Position numbers and translations under genes: made by a program
Notes under the pieces: model-generated
Told to the model about the DNA's origin: nothing
The model's database searches: none
Seen by the model: only the letters and a program-made list of their open reading frames with translations
Assembly (NCBI GenBank): GCA_038227135.1
Contig: JBBRQC010000006.1
Coordinates: 20,896 to 84,895 of the forward strand
Source: Gemmatimonadales bacterium
Lineage (GTDB): Bacteria; Gemmatimonadota; Gemmatimonadetes; Gemmatimonadales; Gemmatimonadaceae
Reading direction: 5' to 3'
DNA length: 64,000 nucleotides
Shown: positions 40,083-50,700 of the stretch, piece by piece
Position numbering within the stretch: the stretch's first letter is position 1
Layout: each line of letters starts with the position of its first letter

Positions 40083-40889
40083 ATGATCCCGATCGCCCAC
40101 TTCATTGCTGTCACGTTCTACGTCGGCGCCGCCGCCATCGCGGCGCTGCCTTTTGCCCGCCGCGTAAAGGCGCCGGTTGGCGGCGTCGTAATCGCGCTTC
40201 TGCTCGGCATCGGGGCGCACGCCACGGGTCTGGCTGGGCTCACCCGGCAAGCCGGTGCCGCGTCGCTAACCGGACTTGGACCGGGCCTCTCGTTTGCCGG
40301 GCTGGTGCTCGCGCTGTCACTGCTGATAGTGGAGAGTCTGGCGCGCGAGGTGAGCCTCACTCTCGTAGCCGCACCGCTCGCGGCGCTCGTGACGATGGCC
40401 GGCAACCTTACGGGCTTGCAGCCATTCCTCGAGCCGCAGGGGACCCGCGCTGTGTGGCTTGCGATGCACATCGTGCTCAGCTTCGTGGGGATCGCCGCTT
40501 ACGCGACTGCCGCTGCGGCCGGGACTATGTATCTCGTCGCACACCGCGAGCTGAAGTCTGCGCGATTCGGGGCGATCTTCAGGTTCTTCCCCCCACTCGA
40601 CACGCTCGATCGCGTGAACCACGTGGCATCCATTACGAGCTTTTTCGGGCTCACGCTCGGACTGTCCCTCGCCACAGCGTATTCGTTCGAGTACCGGGCG
40701 CTGGTGCTGCCGCAGATCATCTGGGGAACGGCGGCGTGGATTGCCGTCAGCGCGCTGGTCCTTGGCCGGGTTCTCCGCGGTTGGCAGGCCCGACGCGCGG
40801 CGCTCATGTCCGCGCTCACCTTTGCCAGCGTCATGGCGCTCTATGTGGTGTTCCGCATGGCGGCGCTCAACCGCGGACAATTCCTGTGA
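40083..40889 (+). CDS. cytochrome c assembly family membrane protein (CcsA-like / HemX-like)
   Basis: It is a polytopic membrane protein of about 8 hydrophobic segments and 268 aa. I see no clear WWD heme-handling motif. Its position directly upstream of sirC-hemA parallels Bacillus hemX. Confidence 0.6.
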   Translation: MIPIAHFIAVTFYVGAAAIAALPFARRVKAPVGGVVIALLLGIGAHATGLAGLTRQAGAASLTGLGPGLSFAGLVLALSLLIVESLAREVSLTLVAAPLAALVTMAGNLTGLQPFLEPQGTRAVWLAMHIVLSFVGIAAYATAAAAGTMYLVAHRELKSARFGAIFRFFPPLDTLDRVNHVASITSFFGLTLGLSLATAYSFEYRALVLPQIIWGTAAWIAVSALVLGRVLRGWQARRAALMSALTFASVMALYVVFRMAALNRGQFL

Positions 40890-41491
40890 GCGACTTTCCT
40901 ATCGCGCTCCACGGCGAGCGTTTGACCGCAGTAGTAATTGGGGGCGGATCCGTCGGGACCCGCAAAGCGCTGGCGCTCGTGGACGCGGGCGCCCAGGTTC
41001 GGGTCGTCTCGCCCAGGGTTACGTCGGACCTGGCTGAGGCGGAACGGGCGCATCGTCTGTCCATTGTGCGCGAGTCGTACAGCGCGGGCCAGCTCGACAA
41101 GGCCATTCTCGTGATCGCCGCGACGGACTCGCGTGAGGTGAATGCGCAGGTCGCGGCTGACGCCCGCTCTCGGGGCAAGCTCGTCAACATCACGGATTTT
41201 CCTGACGAAGGAAACTTCCACACGATGGCATTGCACAGGTCGGGCGATGTCACCATCGCTGTCTCGGCGGGCGGAGTACCCGGCGCCGCCGCCAGGATTC
41301 GCGACGCAATCGCCGAGCGGTTCGACGCGCGCTACGGGCGGGCCGTGTCGGCCCTGCGTGGACTTCGCTCACGCCTGATCGCCGGTGGCGATGAGCGCTG
41401 GCGGGCGGCCGCGCCCAAGCTCATCGCCGACGATTTCTGCAGCTCCGTGGAAGACGGGTCCTTTACCGAGAAGGTCGAGACGTGGCGGTGA
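40886..41491 (+). CDS. precorrin-2 dehydrogenase / sirohydrochlorin ferrochelatase (SirC / CysG N-terminal type)
   Basis: The GTG overlaps the upstream stop. LTAVVIGGGSVGTRKALALVDAGAQVRVVSP and VIAATDSREVNAQV are present. The ORF-track start at 40454 overlaps the previous gene out of frame. Confidence 0.82.
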   Translation: MSDFPIALHGERLTAVVIGGGSVGTRKALALVDAGAQVRVVSPRVTSDLAEAERAHRLSIVRESYSAGQLDKAILVIAATDSREVNAQVAADARSRGKLVNITDFPDEGNFHTMALHRSGDVTIAVSAGGVPGAAARIRDAIAERFDARYGRAVSALRGLRSRLIAGGDERWRAAAPKLIADDFCSSVEDGSFTEKVETWR

Positions 41492-42819
41492 TCGTCGCCG
41501 GTGTCAGCCACGCCACGGCGCCGATCGAGGTTCGGGAGAAGCTCGCCTTTCGTCCGCACGAGGCGGTTCGCGAGATCGCGCAGCTGCGTGACGCGGGTTT
41601 GATCCGCGAGGGCGTTGTCCTGTCCACGTGCAACCGCACCGAGATCTATGCCGTCGAGCAGAACGGCGATTCGTTGGGGCAGATCACGGAAATCCTTTCT
41701 GCGCGACTTGGGCAGGATGCCTCGCAATTCGTGTATCTGCGCCGTGATCACGAGGCTGCCTCCCACCTCTTCGCGGTCGCCGCCGGTCTCGAATCCATGA
41801 TACTCGGCGAATCGCAGATACACGGCCAGGTGAAAGCCGCGTGGGAAGAGTGCCGCGCCCATTCCGGTCCGATTCTCAATCGAATGTTTCAGAGCGCCCT
41901 CCTTGCCGCCGCCCGCGCGAGGGAGGAAACCGGGATCGGCCATGGGGCTGCATCGGTCAGCTCCGCTGCCGTGCAGCTCGCCAAGAAAATCTTCGGCAGC
42001 CTGAAAGGGCGTCGCGCCATGATCCTCGGTGCGGGCGATGTCGCGGAGATAGCGCTGGAGTGCCTGCAAAACGAAGGAGTCAGGGTTGCGATCGTTGCCA
42101 ACCGGACTTTCGAACGCGCGCAGTCTCTGGCGGAACGTCACGCGGCGACCGCCATGCACTATGAAGAGTGCTGGAAGTCGCTCAGCGAAGTCGATGTCCT
42201 GCTCTGCTCGACTGCTTCGCCGGTGCCGGTTGTAACGGTGGCTCGCGTACGCGACGGAGTCGATGCCCGGGGCGACAGGCCTCTCTGCATTCTGGACATC
42301 GCGCTGCCCAGAGATGTCGAAGCCGCGGTCGGAGACCTCGACAACGTTTTTCTTTACGACCTCGACGATCTTCGGGCCGCCGCCGCCGCCAATCTCGAGC
42401 GGCGCGAGGAGGACATTCCCGCCGCGCAACGGATCATCGCCGAGGAAGTGCGGGTGTACTGGGATTGGGTGGCGGGGCTCGCGGCGGTCCCGGTGGTTCG
42501 TGAATTCAGAGAAGAGATGGACAGGGTTCGGAGCGCCGAGCTCGCCGTGGCGCTGAGGCGCATCGGACCGCTATCGCCCGAGCAACGGGGAGCGATCGAG
42601 CACTTCTCCAGGGCGTTGATGAACAAGTTCCTGCACGAGCCGAGTGTGCGGCTCAAGGCCGCGGCCGCGAATGGTCGCGGGCTGGGCGTCGTGGACGCCG
42701 CGCGATATCTCTTTGCGCTCGGAGAGAAGGGAGATGCTCCGCCGACTGAACACACCGACTCGACCACTCACACGCGGCCGGATGCGCTTCTCCCGGAGAG
42801 GACCGATCCAAATGCCTAA
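41482..42819 (+). CDS. hemA: glutamyl-tRNA reductase
   Basis: It has VAGVSHATAPIEVREKLAF, LSTCNRTEIY, GESQI, and ILGAGDVAE motifs. Confidence 0.95.
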   Translation: MAVIVAGVSHATAPIEVREKLAFRPHEAVREIAQLRDAGLIREGVVLSTCNRTEIYAVEQNGDSLGQITEILSARLGQDASQFVYLRRDHEAASHLFAVAAGLESMILGESQIHGQVKAAWEECRAHSGPILNRMFQSALLAAARAREETGIGHGAASVSSAAVQLAKKIFGSLKGRRAMILGAGDVAEIALECLQNEGVRVAIVANRTFERAQSLAERHAATAMHYEECWKSLSEVDVLLCSTASPVPVVTVARVRDGVDARGDRPLCILDIALPRDVEAAVGDLDNVFLYDLDDLRAAAAANLERREEDIPAAQRIIAEEVRVYWDWVAGLAAVPVVREFREEMDRVRSAELAVALRRIGPLSPEQRGAIEHFSRALMNKFLHEPSVRLKAAAANGRGLGVVDAARYLFALGEKGDAPPTEHTDSTTHTRPDALLPERTDPNA

Positions 42820-43774
42820 AGTGCTGGTCACCGGCGGAGCCGGTTTCATCGGATCGCACGTGGCCGATCTCTTCCTGGCAGAAGGGTGGGATGTCACGAT
42901 CGTCGACGATCTCTCCAGCGGAAAACGAGAAAACGTTCCAGCGGGCGCGAGGCTCCACGAGACCAGCGTCAACTCACCCGAGTTCGTGCGCCTGGTGACG
43001 GAGCAGAAGTTCGATGTCATCACACACCTGGCGGCGCAGATCGACGTCCGAAAGAGTGTCGCGGACCCCATTGCCGACGCGAGCATCAACATTATCGGGA
43101 CGCTGAATCTCATGGAGGCGCTGCGTGCGGCGGGTCCTGGCACGCGGGTGGTCTTTACATCTACGGGCGGAGTTCTTTACGGTGACTTCAATACGCCGCC
43201 GAACTACGAGACCTATCCGAAAGACCCGGAATCGCCGTACGCGATCGGGAAGCTGAGCGCGGAGTATTATCTGGCGTATTATGGCCGCGTTCACAACATG
43301 GATTCCGCGGCGCTCCGCTTCGGGAACGTGTATGGTCCCAGGCAGGATCCTCACGGCGAGGCCGGCGTGGTTGCCATTTTCTGTGGACGCATTCTCTCCA
43401 ACCGTCCACTCACCATATTCGGCGACGGACGCCAAACACGCGACTACGTTTACGTCGGCGACGTCGCTCGTGCAATGTACCTCGCCGGCACCGAGCAACT
43501 TCCCCCAAGGGAGCGTCTCGATGCGCGCGGATTCAACATCGGAACGGGCAAGGGAACGAGCGTAATCGAGATCGCTACACTTCTGCAGGAAGTCGCCGGA
43601 ACCAAGGTGGCCATCGAATTTGCGCCGCACCGGCCTGGTGAACAGCAGGAATCATTCGTCAACGCCGACAAGGCGCGCGAGCTGCTGGGGTGGATCCCGC
43701 AAGTGACGCTGGCCGAGGGACTCGCGACGACATTCGCGTGGTTCAAGCAACGAGCGACCGGAGCGCGGGTTTGA
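42812..43774 (+). CDS. NAD-dependent nucleoside-diphosphate-sugar epimerase/dehydratase (GalE-like)
   Basis: ATG 42812 gives MPKVLVTGGAGFIGSHV. A YAIGKLSAE catalytic YxxxK is present. It overlaps the hemA 3' end by 8 nt. Confidence 0.88.
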   Translation: MPKVLVTGGAGFIGSHVADLFLAEGWDVTIVDDLSSGKRENVPAGARLHETSVNSPEFVRLVTEQKFDVITHLAAQIDVRKSVADPIADASINIIGTLNLMEALRAAGPGTRVVFTSTGGVLYGDFNTPPNYETYPKDPESPYAIGKLSAEYYLAYYGRVHNMDSAALRFGNVYGPRQDPHGEAGVVAIFCGRILSNRPLTIFGDGRQTRDYVYVGDVARAMYLAGTEQLPPRERLDARGFNIGTGKGTSVIEIATLLQEVAGTKVAIEFAPHRPGEQQESFVNADKARELLGWIPQVTLAEGLATTFAWFKQRATGARV

Positions 43775-43818
43775 CGCCGCTGCTGCTACTGCTCGCGCAG
43801 GCGATACCGAGCTCGCCG

Positions 43819-44484
43819 ATGGAGCTCATCACGAGCTCGACCGGCGCCACAAAATTCGTTCTCGGCATTCTGGTGGTGCTGTCCCTGCTCAGCTGGGGGA
43901 TCATTTTCACCAAGTGGTACGAGCTGCGTCGCGCCGGCCGAATCACCTATTCATTCGCGCACGAGTTCGCGGGCGCGCGAAGCGTCGAAGGCGCCGCGCA
44001 GATGGCGCGTCGAACCAATGGGCCACCGGCGACGATCATGGAGCGCGCGATGCGCTTTATCGAGGAGACCACCCCGGCGCTTTCCGGAACGTCGGAGCGT
44101 GCGGCCCGATTCAGCGGCTCGCAGGTCGAAGCGCTCAAGCTGGTTCTCGACGCTGAAACAACGTCGGAGCGGGACCGATTGAGTCGCTGGGTTCCCTCGC
44201 TCGCCACCATCGGCTCCGTCAGCCCGCTCATCGGACTGCTCGGCACCGTCCTCGGCGTCATCGACGCCTTCGTCGGAATAGCCGCCAAGGGTTCTGGAAA
44301 CATCGGAGCCGTCGCGCCCGGCGTCGCCGAAGCGCTGATCGCGACGGCCGCAGCCCTGAGCGTCGCGATTCCGGCGGTGTTTGCCTACAACATTTTCGCG
44401 TCCCGCCTCAACAAGATCGAGGGACAGCTGGAAAGTTTCGGCTCGGAGCTGATCGCGCTGCTCGTGCGGGAGGGCAGGATCTAG
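43819..44484 (+). CDS. tolQ: MotA/TolQ/ExbB proton-channel protein (TolQ by context)
   Basis: It has three TM segments and the conserved GLLGTVLGVIDAF and APGVAEALIATA motifs. TTG 43771 is an alternative start. Confidence 0.88.
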   Translation: MELITSSTGATKFVLGILVVLSLLSWGIIFTKWYELRRAGRITYSFAHEFAGARSVEGAAQMARRTNGPPATIMERAMRFIEETTPALSGTSERAARFSGSQVEALKLVLDAETTSERDRLSRWVPSLATIGSVSPLIGLLGTVLGVIDAFVGIAAKGSGNIGAVAPGVAEALIATAAALSVAIPAVFAYNIFASRLNKIEGQLESFGSELIALLVREGRI

Positions 44485-44900
44485 TGGCCCGTCGTGGGCG
44501 TGGCCGCGACCGGCTGGTGCTCAACGCCGAGATCAACGTCGTGAGTCTCATCGACGTTATGATGCTGCTCATGATCATCTTCATGATCACCGCGCCGATG
44601 ATGCAGGGAGGCGTGGACATAACGCTGCCGAAGGCGCAGTCGCGGCCGCTGGAGTCCAAGAGCGGGCTGACGGTGACGATCGATCGCAGCGGCGCCATTT
44701 TTGTCGACGAGGCGCGGCTCACCCTGGCGCAATTCACATCCAGCTTCAAGGCCCTCGCCAATCGACGCGGAAGCGGCGGTGTCTATCTGCGAGCCGACGA
44801 CGGCGTTCCCTATGGCTCGGTCGTGAAGGTTCTCGCGATAATGCGAGCGAGCGGCGTAGGCGACATAGGTCTCGTCGCCGAGCCGACCGAGGTGAAGTAG
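44484..44900 (+). CDS. tolR: ExbD/TolR biopolymer transport protein (TolR by context)
   Basis: It has AEINVVSLIDVMMLLMIIFMITAP and the VVKVLAIMRASG C-terminal domain. Confidence 0.88.
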   Translation: MARRGRGRDRLVLNAEINVVSLIDVMMLLMIIFMITAPMMQGGVDITLPKAQSRPLESKSGLTVTIDRSGAIFVDEARLTLAQFTSSFKALANRRGSGGVYLRADDGVPYGSVVKVLAIMRASGVGDIGLVAEPTEVK

Positions 44901-44904
44901 AGAG

Positions 44905-45645
44905 ATGGCGAGGGGAGCGGGTGGATCACGACACATTGCCCCCTTTACGCTCTCGGCGATACTTCACGCGGCAGTAGCTACGCTCCTGTTCAACACGCTC
45001 AAAGAGCGCAAGCCGGTCGCTCTCCCACCCATGTATCGCGTCAATATCGTCGCGGCTCCGCCCGGGGAGAGAGCGATCGGAGAGGTGCAGAGCGGCCAAA
45101 CCAAAGCCACGACGCCTGTTACGCAGCCCAGTGCAGCGCAGTCAACGCTCAAGGAAATGCCGCTTCCCAAGGCGAAACCCGCGCAAAAGACTCCCGCGCG
45201 TGCGACGCCGAGTGTGCCGAAGCCCGCAACGAAGTCGGGTGCAGCCGAGGCGAAAGCGGTTCCCCAGCCTAAAACCGAGGCGCCCAAGGCGGGCGGCGGC
45301 CCAGTTGGCGGAAAGGGAACCGATGTCGCAACGGTGCGCACTGATGGGATCGAGTTCGCGTTTCCAGGGTACCTCAACAACATAGTTAGACAGATTGCTC
45401 TCAATTTCAGACCAAGAAACACCAACGCCGGTCTCAAAGCGGAGATCAGGTTTCTGATACATCGCGACGGCTCTGTTTCAGACCTCACGTTCATCAGGCG
45501 CTCGGGCAATTTTTCATTCGACCTGGAAGCGCAGGGCGCAGTGGAAGCGGCGTCGAGCGCGCGGCGGTTTGGCCCGCTCCCCGATGGTTTTGCCGATGAT
45601 GTGCTTCCAGTCGTATTCAGCTTTGACCCCGAATTCCTGAAATGA
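44905..45645 (+). CDS. TonB/TolA-type energy transducer (TolA position)
   Basis: It has an N-terminal TM anchor, a Pro/Lys/Ala-rich spacer and a TonB_C-like domain (IHRDGSVSDLTFIRRSGNFSFDLEAQGAVE). Confidence 0.78.
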   Translation: MARGAGGSRHIAPFTLSAILHAAVATLLFNTLKERKPVALPPMYRVNIVAAPPGERAIGEVQSGQTKATTPVTQPSAAQSTLKEMPLPKAKPAQKTPARATPSVPKPATKSGAAEAKAVPQPKTEAPKAGGGPVGGKGTDVATVRTDGIEFAFPGYLNNIVRQIALNFRPRNTNAGLKAEIRFLIHRDGSVSDLTFIRRSGNFSFDLEAQGAVEAASSARRFGPLPDGFADDVLPVVFSFDPEFLK

Positions 45646-46967
45646 CCAAAGTGCGCTGCATTTGTCTGATCACGATGTTGTACTGCATCGCAACGCCCAG
45701 CCTCGCCCGCGCGCAGGACACGACGACGACGCCCGGGGTGCGGCTCGGCCTGAATTACGCGGCCGGATCCAAGCCGGGCGTGATCGTCCTGCCGGTTGCG
45801 GATGACTACGGCGACGACTCGCTGCGCACGATCGTTCAGCGCGATCTCGACTACGGGGATCGGTTGAACGTGATCGCGCTGGACCAGGAAACGCTTCAGG
45901 GACTGGTCCCTCCCCTCGGTGGCAAGATCAATTTCCCTCTGGTGGCGAAGTTCGGCGCGGCGCTGCTGATACGAATGACGCAGACCACTCAGGGACTCCA
46001 CGTAGCCGCCTACGATGTCGCGAGGGGCCAGCTCCTTCAGTCGGAGCAGTTCCTGTTCGACCGGCGTGACAGAGACTGGCGATTCGGCCTTCATGGCGTC
46101 TCGGATCGGATCGAGCAGTGGGTCTTCGGCAAACGCGGAATAGCGCAGACCCGGATCGCCTACGTGAACAACGGCCTGCTCCGGATCATCGACAGCGACG
46201 GTGCTTTGACGCGCTCCATCACCACCGGAAAAGGCGCGCTCTCCCCTGCGTGGTCCCCGACCGGAGAGTCGGTTGTCTACACCGTGCTCGGCAACGCAGG
46301 CACCCAGGTCGAAGAGCTGGACGTGCGCTCCGGCCGGACGCGCCGAATCAGCCAGATCCAAGCGGGCTTGAACATCACCCCGGTCTACCAGCCCGGCGGC
46401 AACGCAATTCTTTACGCGCAGGGGACGGGCAACGGAACCGATCTGGTTCTGGCGAGCCTCGATTCCAGCGGAGCTCGAAAACTGACGGTGGGCAAGGGAA
46501 CCGACAACACCTCGCCTTCCTACAGTCCGGACGGGCGTCAGGTCGCGTTCATATCGGGCAAATCGGGACAGCCCCAGGTTTATATTATGGATGCCGACGG
46601 CTCGAACATTCAGCTGCTGACGCCTTATACAGCGGGCACGCGCAGCTATCGCGCGAGCCCGGACTGGTCACCCGATGGCAATGCGGTTGCCTACGAGCAG
46701 CAGAACGGGAACTTCCAGGTGTGGATGATCGATTTGCGGGACCGCATCCCGAAACAGCTCACGAGCGAGGGGGAAAACGAAGATCCGTCCTGGGCGCCTG
46801 ACGGACGGCACCTTGTCTTCACCTCGACTCGCTCGGGTGAAAAGCAGTTGTGGATTCTCGACACCGAGAGCGGCCGCGCGCGGCAGCTCACGCACAACAA
46901 TGGAGCGAGACTGGCGGCGTGGTCGCCGATACTCGCCAATCCGGAAGTGGGAACCTATTCGCAATGA
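45642..46967 (+). CDS. tolB: Tol-Pal system beta-propeller protein TolB
   Basis: It has repeated PD40 blades (SPAWSPTGESVVY, PSYSPDGRQVAF...QVYIMDADGSN, SPDWSPDGNAVAY, PSWAPDGRHLVFTS). Confidence 0.92.
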   Translation: MTKVRCICLITMLYCIATPSLARAQDTTTTPGVRLGLNYAAGSKPGVIVLPVADDYGDDSLRTIVQRDLDYGDRLNVIALDQETLQGLVPPLGGKINFPLVAKFGAALLIRMTQTTQGLHVAAYDVARGQLLQSEQFLFDRRDRDWRFGLHGVSDRIEQWVFGKRGIAQTRIAYVNNGLLRIIDSDGALTRSITTGKGALSPAWSPTGESVVYTVLGNAGTQVEELDVRSGRTRRISQIQAGLNITPVYQPGGNAILYAQGTGNGTDLVLASLDSSGARKLTVGKGTDNTSPSYSPDGRQVAFISGKSGQPQVYIMDADGSNIQLLTPYTAGTRSYRASPDWSPDGNAVAYEQQNGNFQVWMIDLRDRIPKQLTSEGENEDPSWAPDGRHLVFTSTRSGEKQLWILDTESGRARQLTHNNGARLAAWSPILANPEVGTYSQ

Positions 46968-47740
46968 TCAAACCCGCACCTCTTCTTCTTGCAGTCCTCG
47001 CGCTCTCCGCCAACGCCTGCTTCTTCGCGACGAAGCAGGATATCGACAGGCTGCAAGCTGACATCGTTGGCACGCGCGTGAGCTCGAGCGCGGCCGACTC
47101 GGTCCAGCGCGCGCAGCTGATCGAGGTCAGCCGCTCCGTGAGGACGCTGAACGACTCGATCTCGGCACTCAGCAGGCGAATGGCAGCGATGCGTACTGCG
47201 TCGGAGAGCGATATGACTGCGATGAGGGAAAACATCTCGCAGCTCCAGGACCTGAGTGGCCAAAGCGAGCAGCGGTTGCGCGACATGCGCGCTGCCATGG
47301 AGGAGAAACGGCAGCAGCAGGCCGCGGCGGCGACTCCCGATTCCTCGGGCGCACCGGCGACTGGTCCCGGACCGCTCCAGCTTCTACAGGCCGGACGCGA
47401 TCAGCTGCTCAAGGGCGGCAACGCTTCCGCGCGGAGCGCGTTCAACGAGCTCATTACGAAGTATCCGACCTCCGAGTACGTACCTGAAGCAATGTTCTAT
47501 ACCGCCCAGGCCTACGCGGCCGAGCGGAATTTTACGGCCGCGGATGCGGAGTACACGTCGCTGATCGCCAAGTATCCCTCTTCGCCGCGCGTTCCCACGG
47601 CGATGTACAAGCGGGCGCTCCAGATGCAGGCGTCGAAGCGGAACTCCGAAGCCAGGAAGCTCTACCAGGACATCATCAAGCGCTATCCGCGCTCTGACGA
47701 GGCCGCACTCGCCGACGAGCGCCTCCAGTCGATGCGGTAG
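46964..47740 (+). CDS. cpoB: Tol-Pal system protein CpoB/YbgF (coiled coil plus TPR)
   Basis: Its ATG overlaps the tolB stop (ATGA). It has a signal or lipoprotein-like N-terminus (LAVLALSANAC), a coiled-coil segment, and the YbgF TPR signature (ITKYPTSEYVPEAMFY...IAKYPSSPRVPTAMYK...IKRYPRSDEA). Confidence 0.85.
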   Translation: MIKPAPLLLAVLALSANACFFATKQDIDRLQADIVGTRVSSSAADSVQRAQLIEVSRSVRTLNDSISALSRRMAAMRTASESDMTAMRENISQLQDLSGQSEQRLRDMRAAMEEKRQQQAAAATPDSSGAPATGPGPLQLLQAGRDQLLKGGNASARSAFNELITKYPTSEYVPEAMFYTAQAYAAERNFTAADAEYTSLIAKYPSSPRVPTAMYKRALQMQASKRNSEARKLYQDIIKRYPRSDEAALADERLQSMR

Positions 47741-47754
47741 CAAAGGGCCGTCGC

Positions 47755-50700
47755 ATGAGCGCAGCTCCTGGCCAAGAGATGCCGTTCCTGGATCATCTGG
47801 AGGAGCTGCGCAAGCGTCTTTTCTGGATCGCCGGGGCAGTCGTTCTTGGCGTGGTCGTGGCCTTTGCCCTCCTGTCGAAGCTGGACATCATAAGGCTTCT
47901 CGAGCGGCCGATCCTCCCTCTGCTGCACGGGCAGAAGCTGATCTACACGCACCCGGGAACGTCCTTCCACATTCTCCTCAACGCGTCGCTGGTGCTGGGG
48001 ATCATCCTCGCTTCGCCCGTAATCGTTGCTCAGCTGTGGGGCTTTCTGGCGCCGGCGCTCTACTCCCACGAGAAGCGAGTGGTGGTTCCGGTCGTTCTGT
48101 CCATGGCGTCGCTCTTTCTTGCCGGAGTGTCGCTCAGCTACTTCGTCGTCCTGCCGCTGACGCTCCAGTTTCTGATGAGCATCGAGTCGACCGCGCTGAC
48201 GCCGATGATCTCGGCAACGGAGTACTTCGACTTTGCGATCAGCATGTGTCTCGCGTTCGGACTCGTTTTCGAGGTGCCGATTGCCATCCTGGCGCTGACT
48301 GCGCTGGGGATCATCACGCCGCAGTTCCTCTCGAAGTACAGAAGACACGCGGTAGTCGTCTGCCTCGTCGCGGCGGCGTTCATCACTCCCGGGGCCGATC
48401 CCTATTCGCTGTTTGCGCTGGCAATTCCGCTTTACGTGCTTTACGAGGTGAGCGTCTTCGTGGCGATCATCGCCTACCGCAAGCGGCAGAAGCGGCGGGA
48501 CCGTCTCGAGGCGGAGGAGCTGGCGTCGGAGGCAGCCCCGAAGCCGGCCGCCGTACCGCGATCGCTGTACATGCTCGTCGTTGCTGCTCTGCTCGTGCCG
48601 GGCGCGCGCGTCTTCGGACAGGTGCCTCGTGCACCAGATTCTCGGAGCCAGACTTCCAGACAGCGCCCGGATTCAGCCCGCCAGGATTCGACCGCTGATT
48701 CGACGCGCACCAGGCAGCTGATCAAGTGGCTGGAAGCCGACTCGGTGATGAAGGTGCTGATGGCACGGCCCGGATACAGCGCCACGCGCTACCAGGCCGA
48801 CGAGGTCGTGTTCGACGCGCGCACGCGGTTGCTACACCTGAAGGGGAAGAAAGCGGGCGTCCAGCGCGATGAAACGGTACTCGTCGGTGACAGCATCGTC
48901 TACAGCGATTCCACAAAGATCATCGTCGCGCGCGGTGACACCGTAATTCTGCGAGACCCATCCCGACAGGCGGCTGACGTGGTAGCACGCGGGCGGATGG
49001 CATACAACGTCGCGCTCCACCGAGGGTGTGTCACCAACATCAGCACATCGGTCGAGTCGGGACAGCATTGGTTCGTCGAAGGAGAGGACGCGTGCTTCGT
49101 CAGCGACACGACGCGTTTCGCGGCCGACACCACGCGCGGGCGGGAGACAGCCTTCTACGCGCGCAATGCGTCGATCACCAGCTGTGACGACTCGATACCC
49201 GACTACCACTTCCAGGCGAAGGAAGTGAAGATGGTCTCCAAGAACATCATGGTAGCGCGTCCCGCCGTGCTCTACATAGGCGAGGTGCCGATCATGTGGC
49301 TGCCGTTCATCTTCCAGGACATGCGGTCGGGAAGGCGCAGCGGAGTGCTGACGCCGAGGTTCGGGCTCAGCGAGCTTTTCCGCAACAGCCCCACTTACCG
49401 GCGGCACGTCGAGAACGTCGGCTACTATTTCGCCCTCAGCGATTACATGGATGCGGAGTTTGCGCTCGATTGGCGGAGCGGCGCCCGGTCCAGCATTGGC
49501 GATCCCGGCTGGGTGCGGCTGAACGGGGAAATGCAGTACAGGTGGCTCGATCGATTCCTGAGCGGGCGCATTGGTTTGTTTCGTCATTCTCTGAACGACG
49601 GAACCAGGAACACTGGCGTCAGCTGGCAGCACAGCCAGAGCTTCTCGGACGCGACGCATTTCAGCGCCAACGTCAACTACGTCACCAATACCTTCGTCCA
49701 GAGAACGACGAGCTTCAATCCAGCGACCGTTCTCGCGAGCATCACGTCTACGGCGAGCTACGACACCAAAATAGGGCCTGCCGCGCTCAGCCTCGGCGGA
49801 AGCCGGTCGCAGCATCCCGGTCGGGGCGAAGTCAACCAGACTTTCCCGACCTTCAGCATCAGCTCTCCAACGATTCAGGTAACCAGGTTTCTCGATTGGA
49901 CGCCGACGTTCAACTTCCAGACTCACCAGGATCTCCATATCGACGAGACCGGCGAGTTCGCTTACCAGTTCTTCACCAACGCCAGCGGAGCACCGGATAG
50001 CCTCAGGCGGAAAAGGAACGCCAGGAATACCACGTCGAGCTTCAGCACACCGATCAAGCTCGGGGGCTTTGCGTGGACGAACTCATTTTCGCTGAACTCC
50101 ACCGAAGTGGACGAGCCGCTCACAATCGTCGTCGTAGATCCGGAGGACTCGTCGAAAAAAGTAAGTCGGGTGTTCGCGAAGTCGTTCCCGACGAATCTCG
50201 ACTGGCAGACCAACTTTGGCCTGCCCGGTCTTCTGCACGGTAGTCTGAATCTGTCGCCGTCCGTTTCGCTGGAGAACGTGGACGGCTCGAACGGGTTCTG
50301 GGTCCGTTCACACCTGAGCGGCGGACAGTTCGTCCACCAGTCGAAGCGTCCCTCGATGAATCTCTCGGCGTCTCCGACGCTGTTCGCGCTTTTCCCGGGA
50401 TTCGGACCCGTGAGCCGGTTCCGCCACTCCATCACACCAGTCATCTCGTTCTCCTATGCGCCCTCCGGGAATCTCAGCACCGAGTTTCTCCGGGCCACGA
50501 ACAGGAGCCGACAGAGCTTCCTCGGATCCCTGGCGCGCAACCAGATCAGCCTCGGCTTGTCCCATGTACTGGAAGCGAAGATGAAGAGCACTGACACGAG
50601 CAGCACGGCCGAGCAGAAGAAGATCAAGATTCTGTCGATGAATTTCTCGTCGATCGCCTACGACATCGAGCGGGCGAGGAAAACCCACCGGTCCGGGATC

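Noticed and set aside
39968-40083. GTCGCAA-CGC-TTGCGAC hairpin with partially complementary flanks after the LysM gene, considered as a terminator or riboswitch-like element.
   Set aside because: It has a short stem, no T-tract and no recognisable conserved riboswitch core. It may be a weak terminator, but I cannot support that.
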